DNA of 64,000 nucleotides from a phage: sequence record OZ346187.1; one strand, 5' to 3'. Positions within the stretch are counted from its first letter, which is position 1. Each line of letters starts with the position of its first letter. The translations under genes were made by a program, and so were the position numbers. The notes beneath the pieces were generated by a model that was given only the letters and a program-made list of their open reading frames with translations, made no database searches and was not told the origin of the DNA. Shown here one piece after another: positions 19,512 through 29,019 of this stretch.

Positions 19512-19834
19512 ACAGGTTTGATAATACCTTCACCGAATAGCTCTTCGTATCTAATCTTGTCCGGATCCCACTCTTGGATAATTTCGAAGACAATATCCAA
19601 CCCAGGGATAATCACTTCTCCAGTGTCAAGTTTGGCAAGAACAAAACCAGAAGGCTGAATGGTTTCCCAGTTGCGCCGATTGGAATAGAAGACCTCGAAA
19701 ATATCGCCGACCTTTATCTGTTGATCAAGATGTTCAAGATTCTCTTTCATATAGACGCAGCGGATTTTTCGTGCAGGCCATAGACCACCTGCATCACGTT
19801 CATTTAGCTCTTTTACAGTAATCGGTATACCCAT
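19508..19834 (-). CDS. hypothetical protein
   Basis: 108-aa ORF, overlaps downstream start. Confidence 0.4.
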   Translation of the reverse strand: MGIPITVKELNERDAGGLWPARKIRCVYMKENLEHLDQQIKVGDIFEVFYSNRRNWETIQPSGFVLAKLDTGEVIIPGLDIVFEIIQEWDPDKIRYEELFGEGIIKPV

Positions 19835-19857
19835 CTCAAATCTCCTTCATAGATAGT

Positions 19858-19888
19858 AAAAAGAGGGGCCCAAGCCCCCCTCTTTGTC
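19858..19888 (-). terminator. hairpin terminator (possibly bidirectional)
   Basis: AGAGGGG-CCCAAGC-CCCCTCT hairpin flanked by T/A runs on both strands. Confidence 0.5.
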
Positions 19889-19889
19889 A

Positions 19890-20195
19890 TTATTCTACAG
19901 AGCGTTTGAACAGAATGTCTGCCTCAGACATGTGCTCAACCTCTTCTTCGATTTTAGCGCGACGTTTTTCAGCCTCATAGCGAATATCGAACTCGGTAGC
20001 CACCAGAGATTTGATGAATTTAGGAGAATACAGGTGATCCTGCTTCTCAACGAGAATGATATCCTTAATGGCATCTTTCAGATCTTTAATCTGAAGTTGG
20101 AGTTCTACCAGTTCTTCGATTGTTTTGCGAAGGCGATCACGCTCTGCAGTGTCAGAAGGAAGAGAGGTGAACAGTTCAACTTTAGATTTAGCCAT
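19890..20195 (-). CDS. hypothetical coiled-coil protein
   Basis: 101 aa, charged heptad-like sequence. Confidence 0.4.
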   Translation of the reverse strand: MAKSKVELFTSLPSDTAERDRLRKTIEELVELQLQIKDLKDAIKDIILVEKQDHLYSPKFIKSLVATEFDIRYEAEKRRAKIEEEVEHMSEADILFKRSVE

Positions 20196-20223
20196 AGTAA
20201 GAGTCTCCTTATGTTGTTTTAAA

Positions 20224-20541
20224 TTAACGTTCTACAAAAATACCGTTCAGTTCAATAACCAGGAATTTCTGGTCTTCACTATCGTCTCGTGCCAGCACCT
20301 CACAGACGTATCGGTCATCCCCATCATCATCGCAGTAAAATACAAGACTGAGGACTTTATCATGGTAAACCTTCGCAACTACCGCCTCGTAAGTATTGCC
20401 GATTGTGAATCCAAGATAATCTCCGATGCATTTGACAACAACATGGTCTCCAGCATTTAAGTCAATCTTCGTCATTACTGCGCTCCTTGGGTAATAATAC
20501 TGTATGTAAAACTTTAACCAGAGATGTGAATAACGCCCCAA
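20224..20541 (-). CDS. hypothetical protein
   Basis: 105-aa ORF. Confidence 0.4.
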   Translation of the reverse strand: MGRYSHLWLKFYIQYYYPRSAVMTKIDLNAGDHVVVKCIGDYLGFTIGNTYEAVVAKVYHDKVLSLVFYCDDDGDDRYVCEVLARDDSEDQKFLVIELNGIFVER

Positions 20542-20630
20542 AACACACCGATAGCGCTAAAACAGACAAGGCCATCATTAAAGCTTCAGTAAAATCAGTC
20601 ATTCCTCACCTCTTGTTAGTCACTATACTA

Positions 20631-20894
20631 TCATTTATCCTTGTCGTCAAGAACTTTTTTAAATCTTTCAGGGATATCTCCCGTTCTTAGATAGTTCATG
20701 ACCTCGCAAGGTTCCCACTTGAATTTCTTACAGAGCAGGGCGGCTGAGATTGTTTCATTGCGAAAAGAAAGGATATTAATATCCCACTCTGAGAACCCCA
20801 ACTTCCGAAGGGTAGCTACAGAAATCCTCACCGCAACCCAGCAGCAAAAACATGCAACAAACGCCACTGCTACAACCCACATCAGGATGTTCAT
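20631..20894 (-). CDS. small membrane protein
   Basis: N-terminal hydrophobic segment ILMWVVAVAFVACFCCWVAV. Confidence 0.35.
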   Translation of the reverse strand: MNILMWVVAVAFVACFCCWVAVRISVATLRKLGFSEWDINILSFRNETISAALLCKKFKWEPCEVMNYLRTGDIPERFKKVLDDKDK

Positions 20895-20983
20895 ATAAGC
20901 ACCTTACTGAAATACAAGACACAGTGTTAAGGTTACTGACCAGCAAATAATTAACAGTGCCGTTGCAACCTTGGCAAGATTTA

Positions 20984-21271
20984 TCATAGTGCCTCTAAGA
21001 TTTCATATCCTTCGGGTCGGAATACAAGCCACTCCGTGGCTCCGTTTGGTCGATACGCTTTATACAGAACAACCTGGTCTCGGCACATGCACATGGCTAC
21101 ATAGTTTTCATCCACACCTGCAGCCTGCATTGCATCTTCTTCTCCGGCAACTGCTTTGCTTACAACTTCCTTGGTAGGCAGGTGTGCGATCAGCTCGTCA
21201 CCATCATTAATTCCAAAATGGCTGAGTTCGCCGTTGGTATCTTTAATCTTAATCTTAACCAGATCTTTCAT
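20984..21271 (-). CDS. hypothetical protein (small-protein paralog group)
   Basis: 95 aa; MK-hydrophobic N-terminus and acidic C-terminus as in neighbouring ORFs. Confidence 0.4.
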   Translation of the reverse strand: MKDLVKIKIKDTNGELSHFGINDGDELIAHLPTKEVVSKAVAGEEDAMQAAGVDENYVAMCMCRDQVVLYKAYRPNGATEWLVFRPEGYEILEAL

Positions 21272-21600
21272 TAGTCTTCCCCCAGGTTCAAAGGTCCTAA
21301 GATTTCATATGCCAGATTAGAAGTTACAAGAGGGTCTTCTGCGTCTTTAGTATTATACCACCCGTGAATAACCAGAGTCCCACTTTGTTTCATGTCCAAC
21401 TGGAACTCTTCTGCCGTTTCCTCATCCAGCTCCAAGATTTCCATAAGGTATTTGATGTTAGGGAGGTATGCAGCTGTTACAGTCCCCTCTACCAGACCTT
21501 CAGGCCAACCTACATCTGGATGACAAGTAGGAACCAGATTGGTCAGCTTAATGGTGTACGCTTTTTCTGCACGAGCCTTCAGTAACGGGTCAATCTTCAT
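21271..21600 (-). CDS. hypothetical protein
   Basis: 109-aa ORF. Confidence 0.4.
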   Translation of the reverse strand: MKIDPLLKARAEKAYTIKLTNLVPTCHPDVGWPEGLVEGTVTAAYLPNIKYLMEILELDEETAEEFQLDMKQSGTLVIHGWYNTKDAEDPLVTSNLAYEILGPLNLGED

Positions 21601-21950
21601 TATTCGTCCTCCTCTTCGGTACCTGCTTCCAGTAATAAGTTAAGAATATCTTCTGCACAAGGCTCATAGAACTCTTGGCCTTCATTATCGATGATTTTGT
21701 AGTCATCTCCGCGAATAATCAGAGGATCACTCTCAAAATTATCGAGACCTTTAACAACGACAACACGATCGATTGCCATCATTGTAAGAACTTTATCGAC
21801 ATCTTCCTCTGCTACACCATACTGCAGCAGAATGTCTTTGGTAGGAGGAACAGCATCCACCACAACACCGTTACCAAAACCTTCCGGTAAGTTAGCTAAA
21901 ATATCTTCCGGAACCACACTAACATCAAAACCAGTAATTTCTACTTTCAT
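21600..21950 (-). CDS. hypothetical protein (small-protein paralog group)
   Basis: 116 aa; MKVEITG start, acidic tail. Confidence 0.4.
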   Translation of the reverse strand: MKVEITGFDVSVVPEDILANLPEGFGNGVVVDAVPPTKDILLQYGVAEEDVDKVLTMMAIDRVVVVKGLDNFESDPLIIRGDDYKIIDNEGQEFYEPCAEDILNLLLEAGTEEEDE

Positions 21951-22211
21951 TTACAGCACCTCTTCGTCAACTACTTCATAAAAATGGCCTGGGATTGCAA
22001 TAGCGTTCTCACCTTCACCTACAAACACAGTTCCGTCAAGAATCAACATCATAAGAGTTTCTGGAATATCCTCTTCCTGAACGTTGCCAAAACCTTTAAT
22101 CAGCTCGTAGGTTGGAAGATTTACCTCTAAGATGTCACCATCTTTAGAGCGGAAATCAACACCATCCTGAATCTCTGCCATTTCAAGGTTTTTCAGTTTA
22201 ATCTTCATCAA
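21951..22211 (-). CDS. hypothetical protein (small-protein paralog group)
   Basis: 86 aa; MMKIKLKNL start, acidic tail ...VVDEEVL. Confidence 0.4.
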   Translation of the reverse strand: MMKIKLKNLEMAEIQDGVDFRSKDGDILEVNLPTYELIKGFGNVQEEDIPETLMMLILDGTVFVGEGENAIAIPGHFYEVVDEEVL

Positions 22212-22240
22212 TCAGTCTCCCGTCTTGTTAAGATGAAGGT

Positions 22241-22269
22241 ATTATTTCACACAGGGTTGGCGTTGTCAA
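22241..22269 (-). promoter_or_regulatory. sigma70-type promoter (minus strand)
   Basis: Reverse complement reads TTGACA, 17-bp spacer, AATAAT. Confidence 0.4.
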
Positions 22270-22287
22270 CACCTGTGTGCAAGAAAA

Positions 22288-22683
22288 TTACTGAAACAGT
22301 GCGGATAAATTACCTTCTGGTGGGAACTTATCTGCCAAAAACGGTGTTAGCACAGTAGCCTTCTGAAGATCTGGGGTCCACTCGTTGTTCAGAACATCCC
22401 AGTAGTACGCAATGTTGCTGTGTGGGTGCCGCATTACGAACTTTTTCCCTTCGTAGTCATCTGAAACCTCTACAGAAGAAATAACAACAGAATCTTCAAG
22501 GGTTTCTTCATAGAAAGATCCACCTTCAAATTTCCAACGAGATGCAAGAGCTCCTGCCTTGAACGCTGCAGATAACGGACTGTCTGCAAGAACATACATT
22601 TCTTGCACTCTGTCGCTGCGATCTTTGCTTCTTACGTTGTATACAGTATCTGAGCTATACTCAACACGGTATAGGCTTACCAT
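22288..22683 (-). CDS. hypothetical protein (paralog of 24490-24888)
   Basis: Shared motifs with 24490-24888: HP(H/D)S...(Y/H)YW(D/N)...(E/T)WTP. Confidence 0.45.
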   Translation of the reverse strand: MVSLYRVEYSSDTVYNVRSKDRSDRVQEMYVLADSPLSAAFKAGALASRWKFEGGSFYEETLEDSVVISSVEVSDDYEGKKFVMRHPHSNIAYYWDVLNNEWTPDLQKATVLTPFLADKFPPEGNLSALFQ

Positions 22684-23042
22684 TACCGCACCTCCTCAAT
22701 AACTTCCACATCTGAGCCCACCACAAATGCAAAAGGACAGGTTTCATGAAAGACATCCGGATCGCCGCCAAGCTTGCTAACAATCTCTCCACCACTAATA
22801 AACACAAGCTCACCGATATTCATCAGATTGCTGAAATAGTACCCATAATGATTAAAGAATGCAGCAGGGTCAGGTAGACTAGTAGCCTCAAGCACTACAT
22901 CAGTTGAGGTTACTTTCTTATCATAACCTCTCGCCTTTTGAGATGCAAGATCTGCAGAATCCTCAGGCGACCGGAGATGCACAGGAATTGTTTCACCAAT
23001 AAAGCGTACTTTCATATTATCACCCAACAACCATAGCTTCAA
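22683..23042 (-). CDS. hypothetical protein (small-protein paralog group)
   Basis: Internal MKVRFIGE... to ...SDVEVIEE matches the family; true start may be at 23015. Confidence 0.4.
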   Translation of the reverse strand: MKLWLLGDNMKVRFIGETIPVHLRSPEDSADLASQKARGYDKKVTSTDVVLEATSLPDPAAFFNHYGYYFSNLMNIGELVFISGGEIVSKLGGDPDVFHETCPFAFVVGSDVEVIEEVR

Positions 23043-23283
23043 AAGGGGTCATGAACGAATAAACGGCATCATCATCTGCTTCAGGGAATGCTCCCAAAGA
23101 CTTCATGTCTGAGCCCTTGACAAATACAAGGTTTTGATCAAAAGCTTCTTGAGGATCAATCCGATACATATTTCGTAGAATATCGCCTACCTCCTCATCA
23201 AGAGGTGAGTATGCTGTGCACGTTTTTCCGATCAAGCTTTGAGAATCAGGGTATCCACCTGAAGTTTTAAAATAAACAATCAT
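23020..23283 (-). CDS. hypothetical protein (small-protein paralog group)
   Basis: 87 aa; contains VFVKGSDMKSLGA. Confidence 0.4.
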   Translation of the reverse strand: MIVYFKTSGGYPDSQSLIGKTCTAYSPLDEEVGDILRNMYRIDPQEAFDQNLVFVKGSDMKSLGAFPEADDDAVYSFMTPFEAMVVG

Positions 23284-23374
23284 ATAGTATCACCTCTGGT
23301 AAGAGATTGGGATTCCTTTCCCACAAATAATTACAAACCTTCCTTATCGAGGAAGTATGCTAATCCAAGCAGGA

Positions 23375-23644
23375 TTATTCCTCTACAATCTCATACACAT
23401 CCGGAGTTACAATCAACTCTTCTCCGTTACCCGGTGCAACAAACACCACCATGCCTTCAGGTGTGTGCTTTTTAGCCATCTCGATAACATCTTCTCGCAG
23501 AGCTGGCTCCATCAGATCAAAACCTTCACCCAGGGCATCACGAACCACCTTCATATAGTCAACTGGTTGTGCTTCGACAATCATACCTTCAACCAGTCCA
23601 CAGTTTTTGTCTGCCAGCTCAGTTTTGAATAATTTAATTTTCAT
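23375..23644 (-). CDS. hypothetical protein (small-protein paralog group)
   Basis: 89 aa; MKIKLFK start, ends ...YEIVEE. Confidence 0.4.
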   Translation of the reverse strand: MKIKLFKTELADKNCGLVEGMIVEAQPVDYMKVVRDALGEGFDLMEPALREDVIEMAKKHTPEGMVVFVAPGNGEELIVTPDVYEIVEE

Positions 23645-23781
23645 TTAGAGGTCTCCTCAATTATTTGATATTAATAGCCGTAACCTAACACATTAACTAC
23701 AACTGCGATTGCAAACATAATTTCAAAGCATGCAATCTCTACATTTGGAACTAATTTCTTGATCACACCCATTGTAGCACC

Positions 23782-24099
23782 TCATTCTCTAAAGTCAATC
23801 TTTACTTTGCCTTTCCCCTTACCTTTCTTTCCACCGCATTTAGCCAGTTGACGTGCTGCAACATCTACCATACGGTCAGTTGCCTCGTAAGCATCACTGC
23901 CTTTAGCTTTGGCAATAACTTCTTTTCCAGAATTGTCAAAAATGAACGCCATAACTTCCTGGTGATCATTTTCAACTTTTACACTCACACGTGCATAGTT
24001 GGCAGAGGGATGCAAACGCTCCAGCTTAGACATTTTGTGGGAAATGAAAGACACCATACCTTCAGTGATTTCTACGTTGCCAGTGATTTCAATTTGCAT
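23782..24099 (-). CDS. hpf: ribosome hibernation promoting factor / RaiA-like protein
   Basis: MQIEITGNVEITEG...KLERL...VKVE...DAYEA.D...RQLAK with basic tail follows the bacterial HPF/YfiA pattern (MQLNITGNNVEITEAL...KL...). Confidence 0.6.
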   Translation of the reverse strand: MQIEITGNVEITEGMVSFISHKMSKLERLHPSANYARVSVKVENDHQEVMAFIFDNSGKEVIAKAKGSDAYEATDRMVDVAARQLAKCGGKKGKGKGKVKIDFRE

Positions 24100-24146
24100 A
24101 ACGTGTTCCTTTTAAAGAAGAGGGAACCAAACCCTCTTTGAAAACA

Positions 24147-24175
24147 ATGATACTAAATCTGAAGCGTTGTGTCAA
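24147..24175 (-). promoter_or_regulatory. sigma70-type promoter (minus strand)
   Basis: Reverse complement reads TTGACA, 17-bp spacer, TATCAT; lies upstream of the HPF-like gene. Confidence 0.45.
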
Positions 24176-24181
24176 CAGTTT

Positions 24182-24472
24182 TTACAGATTGTTGTCGATA
24201 GTTTTTAAAATATCCACAGCAAGATCTGCCATTTTTCGAACATACTCTGCAAACTCAACAGGATCCTTGATCAAAGAATTCACAGGGTCGTACCCTAGAG
24301 CGTTCAAAATGGCTGCAGCATCTACAACCTTCTCATCATTTGCGAAGATCTCTCCATCAAACTTGTAGGTCCATTTTGAGTCAATCTTGGCAGGGAATGA
24401 TTGGTCAACGCTTGTTACACCATCCTTTTTAAACGCTCCGGTGTTATCAGTGTCTAGAACTAAATCCATCAT
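24182..24472 (-). CDS. hypothetical protein
   Basis: 96-aa ORF. Confidence 0.4.
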   Translation of the reverse strand: MMDLVLDTDNTGAFKKDGVTSVDQSFPAKIDSKWTYKFDGEIFANDEKVVDAAAILNALGYDPVNSLIKDPVEFAEYVRKMADLAVDILKTIDNNL

Positions 24473-24489
24473 GTTAGTACCTCACCGTT

Positions 24490-24888
24490 TCAGTTTAGCT
24501 TTTCTTCAACAACCCCATAGCTCGGGACAGAGTCAAGAGCTTTCTGGTTTAAAAGTGGTGTAGCAGAATCTGCAAACGGTGTCCAAGTTTTTGTTCTGGC
24601 ATTCCAGTAATGCTTCACTCTGGAATCTGGATGCACTATAACAAAAACTTTTTCACTTGTCAACACATTAATTTCTTCTACACCCTTGCTGATAATTTCT
24701 CCGTCATAGCCACCAGTCTGGTATCCTTCGTACCAGGTTCTTGCATATGCATAGCCAGCCTGCCAGCATGCAGCCTCCTCCGAGGTGGAGACTACGTAGA
24801 AGTCTTTCTCAAATTCTGGGATACGCCCTTGCTTTACGCTCCAAGCTCCGCGAATTTTCATTGTAACTTTGAACAGTTTATTTTTCAC
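24490..24888 (-). CDS. hypothetical protein (paralog of 22288-22683)
   Basis: Shared motifs VIVHPDSRVKHYWNARTKTWTP. Confidence 0.45.
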   Translation of the reverse strand: MKNKLFKVTMKIRGAWSVKQGRIPEFEKDFYVVSTSEEAACWQAGYAYARTWYEGYQTGGYDGEIISKGVEEINVLTSEKVFVIVHPDSRVKHYWNARTKTWTPFADSATPLLNQKALDSVPSYGVVEEKLN

Positions 24889-24900
24889 AACGGTTACCCA

Positions 24901-25155
24901 TCACAGCTCTACAATCTCTGCATCTGACCCTGCCCCAAAGGCATAATAGGATTCTTCCCCGAAATAATATTCCGGTGCACCAGCAGCGATCAGGTCTGAT
25001 CCCAAGATAAACACCACGTTGTGGCCTACATAACTGTGATGTTGCCGCACAGGATCATCCCACGGCAACCCTTCAAAGTATACCGCAGGAACGACCTTTC
25101 CCTTCAGGAAGGATTGTCCCAAGTAGACGTTAGAATCAAGAATTTTAACCTTCAT
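24901..25155 (-). CDS. hypothetical protein (small-protein paralog group)
   Basis: MKVKILDS...GSDLIAAGA...EIVEL. Confidence 0.45.
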   Translation of the reverse strand: MKVKILDSNVYLGQSFLKGKVVPAVYFEGLPWDDPVRQHHSYVGHNVVFILGSDLIAAGAPEYYFGEESYYAFGAGSDAEIVEL

Positions 25156-25372
25156 TCTCGTCCTCCACTATCTCTACATCCTCACCAAGGGCAAAGTTGT
25201 AGGTCCACTGGCTGTCAAAGCAGTCCTGAGATGCACCAGCGGAAATAAGATCTGCACCTTTTATTTTTAAAAGGTCAGGATAATCTTCGTTAGGGATAGC
25301 GGTAAACACTTTCCCCACTAAGGGCTCCTGACCAATATAGAAGCTTGAATCTAAAACTTTAACTTTCATCAA
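25145..25372 (-). CDS. hypothetical protein (small-protein paralog group)
   Basis: MMKVKVLDS...GADLISAGA...EIVEDENEG. Confidence 0.45.
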   Translation of the reverse strand: MMKVKVLDSSFYIGQEPLVGKVFTAIPNEDYPDLLKIKGADLISAGASQDCFDSQWTYNFALGEDVEIVEDENEG

Positions 25373-25656
25373 CGGTCTCCCTCAGGCGGTTGTGGGACGT
25401 AAACACTGTTACGAATATCGTCAGCAGTGTAGTAATAAGTGGTTCCAACCCTATCTCGGGCTGCAATGTACTCTGCTATACCAATAAGTGCCATTGATTT
25501 GGTGGCGTATCTTCCCCACTCGTTAGCTCCCCAGTAGAATTTAGACCAGTAGGGAATAATACCGAACAAATATACCTTTTGACGAACTTCCCAGTAAGTG
25601 CCTTTTCCGACAAGTTTAAACTCTACTTCACTACTGTTAATCTTTTTCATTATCAA
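25369..25656 (-). CDS. hypothetical protein
   Basis: 95-aa ORF. Confidence 0.4.
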   Translation of the reverse strand: MIMKKINSSEVEFKLVGKGTYWEVRQKVYLFGIIPYWSKFYWGANEWGRYATKSMALIGIAEYIAARDRVGTTYYYTADDIRNSVYVPQPPEGDR

Positions 25657-25949
25657 TCTCCCTCTACCGTGGTCGGATTGTCAGTAAGAAATTGAGCATT
25701 GGCTGGAGGCACGCCTGACATTTTCCACACAACCATAAGTTTGTAACCAGGAACTCTATTAAGTGCAGATCGAGTAGAGTTTGTGCACGTATACTTTCGC
25801 TTTCCAAACCCGTTCTCCATCATAATCCAGTACCCAGTATCTTTGTCACCAGGTATCGGTAGACCACCTTCATCAACCCACTGAATGGACCACGGCACGA
25901 TGGCTACAGCTTTATATTTAAACTTTTTAAACCACTCAAAAAGTTTCAT
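25653..25949 (-). CDS. hypothetical protein
   Basis: 98-aa ORF. Confidence 0.4.
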   Translation of the reverse strand: MKLFEWFKKFKYKAVAIVPWSIQWVDEGGLPIPGDKDTGYWIMMENGFGKRKYTCTNSTRSALNRVPGYKLMVVWKMSGVPPANAQFLTDNPTTVEGD

Positions 25950-26044
25950 AATTCAGCCTCGCATAGACATAATCACTATAAACAGGCAAACAATGAATCC
26001 GAATGCCACGCCACCCATAAACGTTAATATTGATGCAATCATAG

Positions 26045-26230
26045 TCAATCAGCCTCGCTTGGCAACTCTTCTACCTTAACATGCCGAAAAGTGTTACCGT
26101 AATGGTTGATCCATGACATCAGCTCGCTTTCTTGCTCTTCCTCTGGGATGAACTCTCGAATGCTGACAAGTTTTAAGAAAACCCAATCACAATCTGCACC
26201 CATTCTACCAGACAGGCAATAGTGCTTCAT
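26045..26230 (-). CDS. hypothetical protein
   Basis: 61-aa ORF. Confidence 0.3.
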   Translation of the reverse strand: MKHYCLSGRMGADCDWVFLKLVSIREFIPEEEQESELMSWINHYGNTFRHVKVEELPSEAD

Positions 26231-26248
26231 AAAACCCCCCCACCTGGT

Positions 26249-26443
26249 TTAGAATATTGCTTCTTCCATTGCACCTGAGAGCAACAAAGAGGTGATCTGG
26301 CTAACATTCATCTCAGACTCTACTTCCTCCCCTTTGAAAGGTTCGCGGCAGAATAGGACTGTTTCAGGACTTTTACTTCGAACAATATAATACAAATCAT
26401 TCAATGTGTTGTAGTAATAAGTGTTAAAACGTAAGTTTTTCAT
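26249..26443 (-). CDS. hypothetical protein
   Basis: 64-aa ORF. Confidence 0.3.
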   Translation of the reverse strand: MKNLRFNTYYYNTLNDLYYIVRSKSPETVLFCREPFKGEEVESEMNVSQITSLLLSGAMEEAIF

Positions 26444-26727
26444 TTTCTAGTCCCCTTCTTAGATTTTTGTGTAGAAACGCTTTCTGCAATACGAGACAAA
26501 CGTTCTTCTGAAGCCTTGCCTATTCCAGGTTTTTTGAGTGGGTTATCTTTATGACCACAATCCAATTGGATATTGGATACCTCTCCAACCTTGTAAGTCA
26601 ATTCTAGCAAAAGGTTGTCGTCCTTGTCAAATGTTCTTACGATAAATTTTTTATCGTTCTCCTGAACTTCGTATCGGGTACCCGCAGTATACAACATGGT
26701 GCCATCCGCATAGGATATCCAGATCAT
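26440..26727 (-). CDS. hypothetical protein
   Basis: 95-aa ORF. Confidence 0.35.
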   Translation of the reverse strand: MIWISYADGTMLYTAGTRYEVQENDKKFIVRTFDKDDNLLLELTYKVGEVSNIQLDCGHKDNPLKKPGIGKASEERLSRIAESVSTQKSKKGTRK

Positions 26728-27071
26728 TGAACCTCCTTCTGCTGCAACAGCATTAACTCTTTGTTGGAGATTTTTACTGCTGTTTTTATTGTTCCATCTT
26801 CACGAAACCACGACCAGAACTCTACAGTGTCCCCACTGTCAAGCAAAGCATACCCGTGGTAGAAGTCTTTGTCCTTAGACAGTTTCTCATCTATGTCTGC
26901 ATCGACACATTCGTGATCCATAGCATTTTGCCTGAATGCATCGGTTATACCAATGCACGCCTTGCTCTCAAGACTGGTATATCCGATATCTTTTAATTCA
27001 GTTTCCCAAGTCCAGTACCCTATAAAAGCTAAAACAGCTACCCACATTAATAACGTTTTAATCTTTGGCAT
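26724..27071 (-). CDS. putative secreted or membrane-anchored protein
   Basis: N-terminal hydrophobic segment LLMWVAVLAFIGYW. Confidence 0.35.
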   Translation of the reverse strand: MPKIKTLLMWVAVLAFIGYWTWETELKDIGYTSLESKACIGITDAFRQNAMDHECVDADIDEKLSKDKDFYHGYALLDSGDTVEFWSWFREDGTIKTAVKISNKELMLLQQKEVQ

Positions 27072-27133
27072 TCTCTCTACCTCTTTCTTAGTTTATTTCA
27101 CTATGGCACATCCTTTGTGCCATATCTCAACCA

Positions 27134-27595
27134 CTACTTAAATAGTAGTCCAAAATAGTGCAAAATTAACAGAAGTTGAACTACACCTAGTGCAACGGCG
27201 AGTATGTTAATCTTAGAATCGAAAAACTTCTTAACTTTTACTCTAAAAGGTTCCTTAATGTCCTTTACGATCCTATTTATAGATGATTTCATATCCCTGA
27301 TTACCATCCTAAACATTAGAGACGGATCTTCCTTCTCTGTAATAGAATCGAAAACATACTCTCTTCGGTCATAAGGACCTCCAGATCTGCGTATTAACCT
27401 CTCCACAGAGACCTCGTACGACACACCTGTAACGTAATCATCTATGATAAGTAGTGACGGGTCTTTATCGTCCAAGGGTATTAAAGTTATCTTTCCAGAT
27501 TTTGTTAAAATTTCTCCTTTTTCAAGCAAGGTGTACCAATGCTCTCTACCAAGATTGTTGAGGCACGTTTTTACATATTTAACAAACATCGTCAC
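27134..27595 (-). CDS. hypothetical protein with C-terminal transmembrane segment
   Basis: Ends ...ILAVALGVVQLLLILHYFGLLFK. Confidence 0.4.
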   Translation of the reverse strand: MTMFVKYVKTCLNNLGREHWYTLLEKGEILTKSGKITLIPLDDKDPSLLIIDDYVTGVSYEVSVERLIRRSGGPYDRREYVFDSITEKEDPSLMFRMVIRDMKSSINRIVKDIKEPFRVKVKKFFDSKINILAVALGVVQLLLILHYFGLLFK

Positions 27596-27795
27596 CCCTC
27601 ATAGCACGTCTGATATAACCACTCTATGAAATCTTGATACCATTCGCCCTCTGAGCGCTCCGTAGGCCAATAATCTTCACCCTCTCGTGCATTAAAATCT
27701 GAGTATTCAACTTTCCACTCCTTTACCAGCTCGTGGAGAAGGTTTTCAGCCTGCTCTAAAGATTTATTTTTTGCCATTGCTGTCTCCTTTTTCAA
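27592..27795 (-). CDS. hypothetical protein
   Basis: 67-aa ORF. Confidence 0.35.
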   Translation of the reverse strand: MKKETAMAKNKSLEQAENLLHELVKEWKVEYSDFNAREGEDYWPTERSEGEWYQDFIEWLYQTCYEG

Positions 27796-27996
27796 GATAG
27801 TTATACATCAGAACTGCACCACCTAAGATGGCTACCAGTAACAATATCCCAGATAGCATCTCAATAAACATGGCTTGAAACACTGGAAGGTCTCCCTAAA
27901 TTAACGCACCATTTTAAATACATGCTCTTTTCCCATAAAGGTGCCTGGCTAAGATCTGCGTAGAACGCAATCTCTTTAAGAACAGTATAGATAGTT

Positions 27997-28314
27997 TTAG
28001 GTGCGGTCTCCATCCCTACTCTCCTTCCTGATATTCTTGTAGTAATCAACTAGGCACATTATTACGATGAAGATAACAACAGGCCAAAAAGGTGCAGCAG
28101 TGATGATGGTGATAAAATCATCAAACTTCACCCTTCGTCTGGACACGATGCATACACCTGTCAAGAATACCGCTGTTATAACGGACATTACCAGGTAACC
28201 TATTAGCACAACATTTATACTCATTGGTCCTCCCCTTTGTAGGTTAAATTGTATACTACAAATGGTCGCTGAGGGTGTCAAGAAAATTATCCCGTTCTTT
28301 CTCAGAGTTTTCAT
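27997..28314 (-). CDS. small membrane protein
   Basis: Two hydrophobic segments. Confidence 0.35.
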   Translation of the reverse strand: MKTLRKNGIIFLTPSATICSIQFNLQRGGPMSINVVLIGYLVMSVITAVFLTGVCIVSRRRVKFDDFITIITAAPFWPVVIFIVIMCLVDYYKNIRKESRDGDRT

Positions 28315-28789
28315 GTGTGTAGCTGAAAAACATATCGAGAATAACCTTATTGATATATTCCAGCTCCTCTGTGTTCAGATGCTTAGCAGGATCTACAATG
28401 ACATCCCAAATATCATACAGACCACACTCATGATACCCATAACGCCACTCAATTGTCAAGCTGAGCGGCAAATCTTTACCGTCACAAACAACCTTCCATC
28501 TACATATGTTGGTATCTGGTCGTACCTGTGCACGGTACACCTGTACAAAATCCAATTTGAATTTGAGGTACTCGTCATACAATTTAAGCACAAAGCTCTC
28601 GATTTGTGGAGACACTTTTGCAGCAAACTGTGCGTATTTGTACTTGCACTGGATGATCTTTCTGCGTTTTGCAGTTAAATTTTTTGCCGCCAGTTGTTCT
28701 TCAGTGTATCTCCACCTACGATCAACAAACGCAACAGGGTCTTTGTCCCCATAGAGGTCTTCCCAGTTAATCAGAAGCATACCTGTCAC
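28256..28789 (-). CDS. hypothetical protein
   Basis: 177-aa ORF. Confidence 0.4.
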   Translation of the reverse strand: MTGMLLINWEDLYGDKDPVAFVDRRWRYTEEQLAAKNLTAKRRKIIQCKYKYAQFAAKVSPQIESFVLKLYDEYLKFKLDFVQVYRAQVRPDTNICRWKVVCDGKDLPLSLTIEWRYGYHECGLYDIWDVIVDPAKHLNTEELEYINKVILDMFFSYTHENSEKERDNFLDTLSDHL

Positions 28790-29019
28790 TCCTCCACAAC
28801 TTCAAGGCCTTTACCGCCTCGCTCTGGCAGATTACTTAAAGATAGGTAATACATATAATCAGGAGAGATCCTGCCAGACTCTGCACCTGCAGCTAGTAAA
28901 TCCTTCCCTTTAACCAGGACAACATTCTCGTTTGCAGATAGCCGTTTTGCTTCCACAATTTTACCAACACAGTCAACCAAGGAAGGGTACCCTAAATCTG
29001 TAAGAAATTTAACTTTCAT
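28786..29019 (-). CDS. hypothetical protein (small-protein paralog group)
   Basis: MKVKFLTD...GKDLLAAGA...LEVVEE. Confidence 0.45.
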   Translation of the reverse strand: MKVKFLTDLGYPSLVDCVGKIVEAKRLSANENVVLVKGKDLLAAGAESGRISPDYMYYLSLSNLPERGGKGLEVVEE

